From a virus: a stretch of DNA of 64,000 nt. The translations under genes and the position numbers were made by a program. Location: IMG/VR virus record IMGVR_UViG_3300032116_000067, positions 36,265-100,264 of that record; one strand, given 5' to 3'. The notes under the pieces were generated by a model, which saw only the letters and a program-made list of their open reading frames with translations, searched no databases and was not told the DNA's origin. Shown here in pieces: positions 36,488 through 45,100 of this stretch (position 1 is its first letter; each line of letters starts with the position of its first letter).

Positions 36488-36727
36488 ATGGCACAGTTAA
36501 CAGCAATGAGGTTTCTGATTAATACCTCAGAAAGTATTAAAAACCTGGATCCCAAAGTTCAGCTTATGATCCTACGAGGTGAGATGCAGGCATTACTTCC
36601 TACAGAAGAAAAGCAGATCGTTGATGCTGTCTATGCGGGTATGGAGTCTCATTCTTTTGATCCTAACCGCGGCCGAGCTCAAGAGTACTATAACCAAACT
36701 TACAAGAATGAAGATCCTGCACCTTAG
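36488..36727 (+). CDS. mini-protein, TAVEW-related, copy 5
   Basis: TAM...EEKQIVDA...EYYNQTY. Confidence 0.75.
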   Translation: MAQLTAMRFLINTSESIKNLDPKVQLMILRGEMQALLPTEEKQIVDAVYAGMESHSFDPNRGRAQEYYNQTYKNEDPAP

Positions 36728-37400
36728 TGACACCCACGGGTTTCACAGTCAGATGCCCTTTAGCCGGTTTGAAGGTATAGATGTAGTGGTACATAGTGGT
36801 GACTGTTCTAATCAGTACAGTCCGGCTTTCAACCAAGGTGAAGTGCAAAGCTTTATCGACTGGTACAAGAATGTACCTGTGTTACGCAAAATCTATGTTG
36901 CCGGTAACCATGATACCTCAATAGAGAGAGGGATGATTACTCCCGGGCACTTTGCTGAAGCAGGTATCATCTACCTGGAAAACCAGAGCATAACAATCGA
37001 CGGGGTCAAGTTCTACGGGTCACCCATTACACCAACGTTTGGTCGGTGGGCTTTTATGAAAGCCAGACACAAGATGTATGACGTATGGCAGCAGGTACCA
37101 GATGATACAGACGTACTGATCAGTCACGGCCCACCCAAAGGTGTCCGGGATCTTAGCTTCAACAGACAAGGTGAGCTTGAGATGTGCGGCTGTCACTCTT
37201 TGATGATGCGTTGTTGGGAGCTTAGAAAGACCCTAAAGCTGGTATGCTTTGGACACCTTCACAACATGCCCGGTATAGATACTAACCAGGGTATATCTCA
37301 GTACTCTAGAACAGACACTGTCTTCTCCAACGCCGCCTGTGTGTATGACGGCAAGTTTGATCTTGGACTTACTTCTTTCGGAAACATCCTCACTATTTAA
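36708..37400 (+). CDS. calcineurin-like metallophosphoesterase
   Basis: SDTH, HSGD, GNHD, SHGPP and FGHLH motifs. Confidence 0.92.
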   Translation: MKILHLSDTHGFHSQMPFSRFEGIDVVVHSGDCSNQYSPAFNQGEVQSFIDWYKNVPVLRKIYVAGNHDTSIERGMITPGHFAEAGIIYLENQSITIDGVKFYGSPITPTFGRWAFMKARHKMYDVWQQVPDDTDVLISHGPPKGVRDLSFNRQGELEMCGCHSLMMRCWELRKTLKLVCFGHLHNMPGIDTNQGISQYSRTDTVFSNAACVYDGKFDLGLTSFGNILTI

Positions 37401-37411
37401 GAAGACCACCC

Positions 37412-38158
37412 ATGGACCTCAGTAAACCTTCGACGATTACGTCTTTGGAGATAGCTAAACTAACTAACAAAAGTCACTATAACATTATACGTGATATTAA
37501 AAACATCATCCAAGATCTTGATAGCCAAGGCCTTAGTCACCAACTCAATTTTGAGTTGGTAAATTATACCGACGCTGGTGGAAAGCCGAGGCCGATGTAT
37601 GAGCTAACTAAAAAAGGAGCTCTTCTTCTTGCTTCCGGATACGACACCGTTCTGCGGTATAAGATCATAGAACGTCTCGAGAAACTGGAACTCGAAAAGC
37701 GGATGACTACTCCTGCTTTTGAAGTACCCACCCCCAGAGAAATAGCCCACCTGATCCTCAGGCTGGAAGACGAAAAAGAAAAGCTGCAGCTTGAGCTGAA
37801 AGAAGCTACTCCCAAGGTAGAGTATACCGACAAAGTATTGACCAGTAAGACCGGAGTGATAACTACGATCATTGCTAAAGAACTGGGGATGACCGCCAAT
37901 GCCCTTAATACCCGGCTGCAGCAGATGGGTATCCAGTATAAACGCGGAAAGACCTGGGTTCTAAGTGCCAAGTACCAGGATAAAGGGTACACTAAAAGTA
38001 TCACCAGTCCGTACAGGGATAACAACGGTCAAATCTACACCTCTCAGCTTACTGTCTGGACCGAAAAAGGACGTCACTTCATTCACAGTTTGTTCAACTC
38101 ACAGTTAACTCAACAATCCTTGTTTTATGAACACGACACAGAAACAGTCCAAAACTAA
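37412..38158 (+). CDS. Rha-family / KilA-C (ANT) antirepressor-like protein
   Basis: TSLEIA..T.K.H..I.RDI N-terminus; PKV.Y.D.VL...IAKELGM...WTEKGR.FI C-terminus. Confidence 0.88.
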   Translation: MDLSKPSTITSLEIAKLTNKSHYNIIRDIKNIIQDLDSQGLSHQLNFELVNYTDAGGKPRPMYELTKKGALLLASGYDTVLRYKIIERLEKLELEKRMTTPAFEVPTPREIAHLILRLEDEKEKLQLELKEATPKVEYTDKVLTSKTGVITTIIAKELGMTANALNTRLQQMGIQYKRGKTWVLSAKYQDKGYTKSITSPYRDNNGQIYTSQLTVWTEKGRHFIHSLFNSQLTQQSLFYEHDTETVQN

Positions 38159-38408
38159 ACCAGCCCGGGAAGTTATAACCCCGGCTGAAGAAGTCTTCAT
38201 GTATTACAAGAACGGCATGGCTGGTAGCGGGTGGACTGCTCTCATAGATGCCATCTTTAAGTTAGACAGAATCCAACGAGCCAAGTTGGCTAAAGGATTT
38301 CCGGAACTGGTTACTGTATGTAACCGGTATAACGATGAAATGGGATACTGGAATGATCTCCAGAAAAGATGGATAAAGCATAACCAACTTTCAAACCCAA
38401 CAATATGA
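38127..38408 (+). CDS. hypothetical protein
   Basis: 93-aa ORF. Confidence 0.75.
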   Translation: MNTTQKQSKTKPAREVITPAEEVFMYYKNGMAGSGWTALIDAIFKLDRIQRAKLAKGFPELVTVCNRYNDEMGYWNDLQKRWIKHNQLSNPTI

Positions 38409-38626
38409 AAGACAAGTGTGTTCTCTGCGGGGTTGAGACACGCTATGATCAAGACGATCATGTAGACCTGCGTTATGGTTACATAGAAGGCGTCGGTCAG
38501 CTTTGTATCAACTGTTCAACTGAAAACAATAAAGTCATCACCATCCCGGTCAAACTCGTGACGCAAACACCTAACGATATGGAGCTGGGAGAAAAAGTAA
38601 GAAGCATCTATTATGAAAAAAAATGA
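38405..38626 (+). CDS. small zinc-finger protein
   Basis: CVLC...YIEG.GQLC..C. Confidence 0.75.
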   Translation: MKDKCVLCGVETRYDQDDHVDLRYGYIEGVGQLCINCSTENNKVITIPVKLVTQTPNDMELGEKVRSIYYEKK

Positions 38627-38855
38627 CATCTTAGGTTACGGTCTGATCTTCATGACCGTCATGACTATATTCGTTCTATTGGTAGTAGCTGCCGACCATG
38701 ACGCAAATATAGAAAAGGAAAAGAAAAGACGAGACTTCATAAAAGACAGTCTCGAGATCGAGTACTACAAAAAAGTACTCGATCAGACTTATGCTTTTGA
38801 TCACAGTAAAATCCCCGGTGATGCAAGCGACACTACAGTTCGAGCTGCCCGATGA
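38613..38855 (+). CDS. small membrane protein
   Basis: N-terminal TM helix. Confidence 0.7.
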   Translation: MKKNDILGYGLIFMTVMTIFVLLVVAADHDANIEKEKKRRDFIKDSLEIEYYKKVLDQTYAFDHSKIPGDASDTTVRAAR

Positions 38856-39042
38856 ACAACATGAGTTTGACCAAGCGGTCAACGGACACAAGTACGCGTA
38901 TGTACTGTGGCACCTGGACCAGCATCTAAGAAACAGACTGAAGTACGAAGAAGGTCTATCTCAAGATGTCTATGATGCTCTACAAGCCACCCGGAATCAT
39001 CTTAGAGAACTTACCCAAGAATCTAATCTAGATCTTGGATAA
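38821..39042 (+). CDS. hypothetical protein
   Basis: MQATLQFELPDE... Confidence 0.75.
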   Translation: MQATLQFELPDEQHEFDQAVNGHKYAYVLWHLDQHLRNRLKYEEGLSQDVYDALQATRNHLRELTQESNLDLG

Positions 39043-39100
39043 TATTGTAGACTTTTTCAGAATAATCTATATCTTTACCAAGCAGTTCTACAGATAGGAT

Positions 39101-39373
39101 ATGATTACGTTCAAGGATAATATCAACGGACTACACGACGATACCTGCGTAAAAGTCTATGATCCAGCGGATAAGAAGCTTATCGGAGTTTACCCGAACT
39201 ACCTGACCACTGGTAATAAACTAGGTATAAGTCCATCACTCGTGCAACAGAAATGTGCTAAGAAAACCCGGGTGTTTTCCCCGACGTATGGTAGTGAAGT
39301 AGCATGTCGATTGTCCAGACGGACCGCAGAAGAAGATGCACTAATACAAAAATCCAAAGCCCGTTTTTTATGA
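39101..39373 (+). CDS. NUMOD1-like small DNA-binding protein
   Basis: VKVYD...LIGVYPNY...G.KLGIS pattern; own upstream motif region. Confidence 0.55.
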   Translation: MITFKDNINGLHDDTCVKVYDPADKKLIGVYPNYLTTGNKLGISPSLVQQKCAKKTRVFSPTYGSEVACRLSRRTAEEDALIQKSKARFL

Positions 39374-39627
39374 AATACGTTTTCACTGGTTTTGTAACGA
39401 TCTGTTTATGGATCATGTTATTTGCTGTCTTACGTACGGCTAACAAGATGGAAGAGCTTCAGCAAGAGCTTGTGCATGCCCGCCAGCAACGAGATAGTAT
39501 AATGGATGAAGTGTTCTTACTTAAGACAGAACTTACGCGACACGAGATCACCAGGGAAGAAATCTTACGTCAATACCCTGAAGTATATGAAGCATATAAC
39601 ACGTTCCTTTCTACGGAAACTGAGTAA
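39370..39627 (+). CDS. membrane-anchored coiled-coil protein
   Basis: N-terminal TM helix followed by coiled coil. Confidence 0.7.
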   Translation: MKYVFTGFVTICLWIMLFAVLRTANKMEELQQELVHARQQRDSIMDEVFLLKTELTRHEITREEILRQYPEVYEAYNTFLSTETE

Positions 39628-39735
39628 GTACAACTGGACTTTCATTATCACCTGGTCAGTGATCCTGTTCATAAGCTACCGCTTGTGGAGCTGGATCTTT
39701 TCAGTGACCTATCAACTATTCAAATCCTTAACCTG

Positions 39736-40188
39736 ATGAAGGTATCTTTTGATTTCGACGGGACTCTGGAACTACCGGAGATCCAGGAGTACGCCAAGTC
39801 TCTAATCAAAAAAGGCATAGAGGTATGGATCGTAACCACGCGTTATGATGCCAACCACATGCACCGGTGGAGAGATCAGTTTCCGGAAGCTGAGTGGGCC
39901 GCTATCTTTTCTGAGCATGACGGAGACCCCAACTTTAACGTATGGGGTGTAGCAGAAAGCCTGGGGATACCCCGGCATCATGTCAGGTTTACCTGCATGG
40001 AGTACAAGCATACGTATCTCAATAAGACCAAGTTTGTTTTTCACCTGGATGATAATCCGGAAGAGATGAAACAGGCTAGGGTAAATCAATGTAATGTACC
40101 CTTTGTAGATGTTACCAATCCGAGCTGGAAAGAAGTATGTGATGAACACATAGAGAACTGGTTGATATACAACAACATCAAAGAATGA
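39736..40188 (+). CDS. HAD-superfamily phosphatase
   Basis: SFDFDGTL, VTTR, K and LDD motifs. Confidence 0.85.
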   Translation: MKVSFDFDGTLELPEIQEYAKSLIKKGIEVWIVTTRYDANHMHRWRDQFPEAEWAAIFSEHDGDPNFNVWGVAESLGIPRHHVRFTCMEYKHTYLNKTKFVFHLDDNPEEMKQARVNQCNVPFVDVTNPSWKEVCDEHIENWLIYNNIKE

Positions 40189-40841
40189 ACAACACGACGA
40201 ACAAAGTAGAACTTATCGGACACTATGGGGGTGACACAACTCACGCTATGTCAGCCTGGACCAGTACCACCCGTGACTACGATACAAAGAAAGAGCGTAT
40301 GCCGGGTCTGTTAAAGACCCTGGCTGAGAACGGACACCATACCCCGTTTGAAAAAAGCTCACTGCACTTTCTAGTAGATACAGATATCGCTACCCACATC
40401 CATCTGATTAAGCACCGTGTAGGTGTATCTGTGAACGCAGAGTCTGCCAGGTACAAAGAACTCAAGGAAGATAAGTTTTATCTCCCTCAAGACTGGCAGG
40501 GTATAGACATGGACGAAGATACCGACTGGTATCAGCACTTGTTATGGTTCACAGAACTTAGTAATAAACTGTATCACAGAGCATTACAAGATCTTACGCC
40601 GGTCCTCGGTCGCAAGAGAGCCAAAGAGTCCGCTCGGTTCTTCAAGACGTATAACTCTCAGATCACCAGTGATGTCATGTTTAACTTTCGTTCGTTTATA
40701 CACTTTCAAAAGTTAAGAAACGACGAGCATGCACAAGTAGAAGTTAGAGAAGTAGCACAACAGATGCTGCAGCTGGTACAACAACTCCCGGATAATCCTT
40801 TTGAACACTCCTTAAAAGCGTTTGGTTATGGTCCTAAGTGA
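40185..40841 (+). CDS. thyX: flavin-dependent thymidylate synthase
   Basis: H.TPFE, KHR..VS.N.ESARY, N.RS..HF..LR and HAQ.E.R motifs. Confidence 0.93.
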   Translation: MNNTTNKVELIGHYGGDTTHAMSAWTSTTRDYDTKKERMPGLLKTLAENGHHTPFEKSSLHFLVDTDIATHIHLIKHRVGVSVNAESARYKELKEDKFYLPQDWQGIDMDEDTDWYQHLLWFTELSNKLYHRALQDLTPVLGRKRAKESARFFKTYNSQITSDVMFNFRSFIHFQKLRNDEHAQVEVREVAQQMLQLVQQLPDNPFEHSLKAFGYGPK

Positions 40842-41364
40842 CAAGAAGATCTTAGAAGAGATTAAAGCAGGTAACATCATCATCGACCCGTTTGAACAGA
40901 AGTATCTAAATCCAAACAGTGTAGACCTGACACTCGCTCCTGCTTGCAAAGTATATGAAGAAGGGCTTATTCTAGATCCAAGAAAACCAAACCCCGTACA
41001 AGAGTTTATTATTCCGGAAGATGGTTTTGTTCTCCGACCCGGTGAGCTTTATCTCTATTCATGTAGAGAAACTATTGGAGTAAAAGGTACTATCTGTGCT
41101 ACAGTAATGGGTAAATCAAGTCTTGGACGACTTGGATTAGACATCCACGTTTGCGCTGGTTTTATAGACTCAGGATTTGTTGGAAGTCTTGTCTTAGAGA
41201 TGAGAGTCGTGCGTCCGCTAAAAGTCTATGCTGGCATGAAGATATGCCAGGTGAAGTTTGAACGCGTTGAAGGTACCATCTTAGAAAGCTACGATCAGAA
41301 GCCAGGATCTAAGTATATGAACCAAACCGGCGTACAAGAATCTAAGTACCATGAGAACTTCTGA
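40828..41364 (+). CDS. dcd: dCTP deaminase (trimeric dUTPase superfamily)
   Basis: LSD, PNSVDL, GKSSLGRLG, AGFIDSGF.G.L.LE and KY..Q motifs. Confidence 0.9.
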   Translation: MVLSDKKILEEIKAGNIIIDPFEQKYLNPNSVDLTLAPACKVYEEGLILDPRKPNPVQEFIIPEDGFVLRPGELYLYSCRETIGVKGTICATVMGKSSLGRLGLDIHVCAGFIDSGFVGSLVLEMRVVRPLKVYAGMKICQVKFERVEGTILESYDQKPGSKYMNQTGVQESKYHENF

Positions 41365-41569
41365 GGAAGATTTCTACTATGAAGAAGAAGGTAAGATCGT
41401 ACTCAAAGCTGCCTTTCATATCCGGCGGGGAGTCTGCTGCGGTAACAAGTGCCGCCACTGTCCTTATGAACCCAAGTATCTAAAAGGTAATACTATACTA
41501 CATGAGTCTGAAAAAAGCCCTGTACCTAGACGACGTGAGAACCCCGACAACGACGCTTCCAGGATATGA
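41351..41569 (+). CDS. small Cys-rich protein, DUF5522-like
   Basis: RG.CCGNKCRHCPY. Confidence 0.8.
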   Translation: MRTSEEDFYYEEEGKIVLKAAFHIRRGVCCGNKCRHCPYEPKYLKGNTILHESEKSPVPRRRENPDNDASRI

Positions 41570-41942
41570 ACCGTGGTATGTTGTTCGGAACTATGATGAG
41601 TTTGTAAGCTGGATCACTGAGCACGGGATCCCGGATCTAATCAGCTTTGATCACGACCTGGCAAGAGAACACATGAATGACTACTTTAGTCAATGTCATG
41701 CCCAGGGATACCAGTATCCAGACTATGCCAGCTATACTGAGAAGACCGGTCTGGACTGTGCCAGGTGGTTAGTAGAGTACTGTCAGGACAACAACGTTGT
41801 TCCTAAACTAATATCCGTACACAGCCATAACCCGGTGGGTACGACGAACATCCAAAGTCTAATCAACGGATTTAAAAAACATCTAGGGATGGTGGAAGAC
41901 TGTTTTACTACCCGTCATCCCTTCACCGTACAAACCAGTTAA
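41502..41942 (+). CDS. cyclic-phosphate-processing receiver-like domain protein
   Basis: LYLDD.R, ISFDHDL, TG.D and VHS.NPVG motifs. Confidence 0.8.
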   Translation: MSLKKALYLDDVRTPTTTLPGYEPWYVVRNYDEFVSWITEHGIPDLISFDHDLAREHMNDYFSQCHAQGYQYPDYASYTEKTGLDCARWLVEYCQDNNVVPKLISVHSHNPVGTTNIQSLINGFKKHLGMVEDCFTTRHPFTVQTS

Positions 41943-41943
41943 T

Positions 41944-42117
41944 ATGCTATGGACAGTAATGTTAGAAGTCTTGAATTCTCAGAGAACTTTGCTAGGTGTA
42001 CAAGTAATCACAGGAGAGGATCCAAACTATAAGATACCGGTATTTAGTACCTATATCGGTTGTATCTTCTTCACTTTAGTGATTACAATAGGTTTCAAAA
42101 AGAAGGAGCACATTTAG
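41944..42117 (+). CDS. small hydrophobic protein, below ORF-track cutoff
   Basis: MLWTVMLEVL...GFKKKEHI*, 57 aa. Confidence 0.55.
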   Translation: MLWTVMLEVLNSQRTLLGVQVITGEDPNYKIPVFSTYIGCIFFTLVITIGFKKKEHI

Positions 42118-42134
42118 TGCTCCTTTCTTTTTTA
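42097..42134. terminator. bidirectional terminator at the convergence of the replication and virion arms
   Basis: AAGGAGCAC-ATTTA-GTGCTCCTT flanked by A-run and T-run. Confidence 0.8.
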
Positions 42135-42136
42135 TC

Positions 42137-45100
42137 TTAGAGTCTTATATCCCAGTCCTTTCGGAAGTCATCGTCAAAGATAGCTCTCATTAGGATTCCT
42201 TCTTTTAAGATTGGTATCAGTCTTGATGCATACTTCATTGGTTTAGCATCCTCTTGAAGTTCAGTATCATCTACAGCTACTCCATAGAACTGCTTACTGG
42301 TAGCTTTGGTAAAGTTGATAAAGTCAACGGCTAACCCTACAACAGGTAACGGGGCCTGAACTAGTTCAGTAAATGATGTCGGAAGATAGTAGAACGAGAA
42401 TTCCGCGTAGTACTTTTCTAGGGCCCGGGTGATGTACTTTCTCAGACCACGTTCTTCATCTTCATCATCACCAGGTTTGGCAGCAAAGATCAAAGCTAAC
42501 ATACCTACGACTACAGCAAGCTCTCGAAGCTGGGAGCGTATGTTACCAATGTAAAGATCAATGAACTCGGCTTCAGTCAGATTAAACTCTTTTCCGGCTA
42601 GAGCGGCATCGGCACGTTCTTCTATATAACGCTGCTTGGCGGCTTGAATCATGTCTGTACCAGAACTTGAGATAATAGATTTAGCTATAGTCATGGGGTG
42701 CTTGATCAGCTCACTAAAAAACAACCTGGTTTTACCCATGTTGTACAACTCCAGATCTTGATTGTAATCGAGCTTACCAAATCTCTCTTTTACCATTTGA
42801 GGCATCCAAGATCTAAACTGCATAATAGCCATGCCGAGTTGTGTGGTACGGGCGTAGTTGATATCATCTCTGGTAGAGTTACCGATAATTGTCTTGTTAA
42901 CCTGCTTGATCTTACTCTTGAAAGCAAACCATTCTTTAGAAGAGATATCTATTCCTGGTATTTCAAGTTTGTCTTTTACAATCTTGGTTGTAGCATAGAT
43001 AGACTTCGTCTCTTTTAACTCTTTGACTCGGGCGTCGATTTTTTCTTTCAAAGCTTTACGCTCGGCCGGTAATACATTATAGTACACTTGATCGTAGTTA
43101 AACTCCTGCTTGACCATCTTAGTGATGTCAACGATCTTTCCATTGGTGTCAACCATGTGATTCATCATGGTAGCAATAGCTACGGGGTACTGAACAGCTT
43201 TATCGGAAAACCTCTGAATAAAGTAGAGCTTGTCAAGAGAGTTGAAACCAACGATCTTTGATACAGAAAGCTCATTTGTAAAAGCATCTTTGCGGTCTTC
43301 CAGTAAGATATCAGCATAGTGAAGAAGAGCAATGGTTTTTGGATCCCGCTTGGTTACCTGGTACATAGACGTAGCCCAGTCTTTTGTGGTAAAGATGGTC
43401 TTCTTACCTGCAGTAAACAACGCGTTGCCGGTACCGCCTACAAACTGGGCCGTGCCAGATATCGGGTTAAGAGCCAGTGTCTTCAGAGAGAAGAACTTCA
43501 TGAACCACCGTAGACTTTTATTGGCTGAGTATTCTTTATCTCTGAACTTAAACTTACTATCCGTAGTGTTATCTCCCATCTTGTTATAAAGATAGAAGTT
43601 CACAAAGCTTTCCAGAAGCTTAGCGTTGCGTTCATTATCCGGAACAGTTTGCGCTACTCCGTTTTTCTTTACTACGTCTCCCCAGTTGTTAGTGACAATC
43701 TGATCTTTGTTACGCTCAACATGTACCAGGATATTTGCAGCATCTTCTATCTCGCTCAGGGTTTCATAGTTAGCCATTTGAGCGGACCATACGCCAAATA
43801 CTTTAAACAGGTCTTTACTCTTTTGAGAATAGTCCACAGTACCGTCTTCTTTCTCTTCACCAATATCCTTCGTAAAGTGCACCGGGATATTCAAGAGTAC
43901 CTTACCGTTGATAGGATCTACCTTAGGGGTATACTTATCATCCGTACCGACTTCAAGCTCTTCAAAGAATCCCTTTGATGTAAACACACTTCCGCCAAAC
44001 GCTAGCTGGTCTAGTTTGTCTTTGTATATAGAAGGAATAAACCCCCATGAGTACTCGTCAATCATACCAAGATTCTCAGACTTACGCAGAAGTTTCTGAA
44101 ACTCGTTATAAACTTTCAACAGCGGTGCGTTCTCCGGCTTCTGAAGGTTCTTCCATTTGTCTGTGATCCAGGTGTCGTTGAACCTCAGGTATTTGTTCTG
44201 GGCATTTAACCAGGCAGCTGGATTATCACCGTTAGCCGTCACGTTATGGTTAGCAATCCAGTTATTGATTGTCTTCTGCTGAATGGCAGCATTTATCTGG
44301 GGATCCGTATTATAGGTCATGTTCATCACATACTTGGTATATGATGCCAGATCCTTTTCATACCAGGTTTTATCAAAGTTCATGTTTGACTTTACCCAGT
44401 TGATATCAGCTTCTTCAATAGCTTTTTTTCGTACTTTGTAAGCTTCTTTCTTATGCTTACGCAAGAACTGACCGTTCCAGTTTCCTTTTTCATCCATGTC
44501 CAAGATACCATCAAACATCTTATCGGGACTGATGTTCCGAGCTTTGGCCCAATCTCCCAGTTCTTTCTGAAGAGTTCTTAAAGTTTCAAGTGATTGATTA
44601 AACAGCATATCTCGCTTAGCTTGAGAATCCCTAAGTATTCTATAAAAAGCTTTAAAAGCCCGCTGCGAAATCTGACTCAGTGAGTCAAATAACCCAGCTA
44701 TAGGTCCGACCTTAGTTTCGGCGTTTAGTAAATTTTGTATACCTGCTTTATCCTCAGCCATTTTTTGACCAAGCTGCATGATAGCTCTCTTCATTTCCTT
44801 TACAGTAATTTCAGCATTGGAGTTCAGAGAGTTATACCTGTTCAGAATATCCTGATATACTTGTTTCATAGCAGAATTCTTCTCTTCATTCATAGCTTTA
44901 CGCAGCTCAGTCATGTAGTTCTTAAAGTAGAACGTAGTTCCAGAGAAGATCTTGAGAATATCTAGAGACTCTAAAGCATCTCTTTCTGATAAGGTATTGT
45001 TTTTTAACATCTTATCATATCTGTCTACCTCAATACTACCTAACTCAATAAACGTTCTGATGTCTTTTCTTAAATGCAGATCTCGAATAGCTTTACGATA

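Noticed and set aside
1394-36727. Diversity-generating retroelement behind the paralog repeats
   Set aside because: No reverse transcriptase is in the window, and differences between repeats are block replacements rather than adenine-specific substitutions.
5482-40465. Minus-strand ORFs nested within + strand genes (e.g. 15719-16048, 25388-25972, 37564-38025)
   Set aside because: They are fully overlapped by well-supported genes and show no independent signals.
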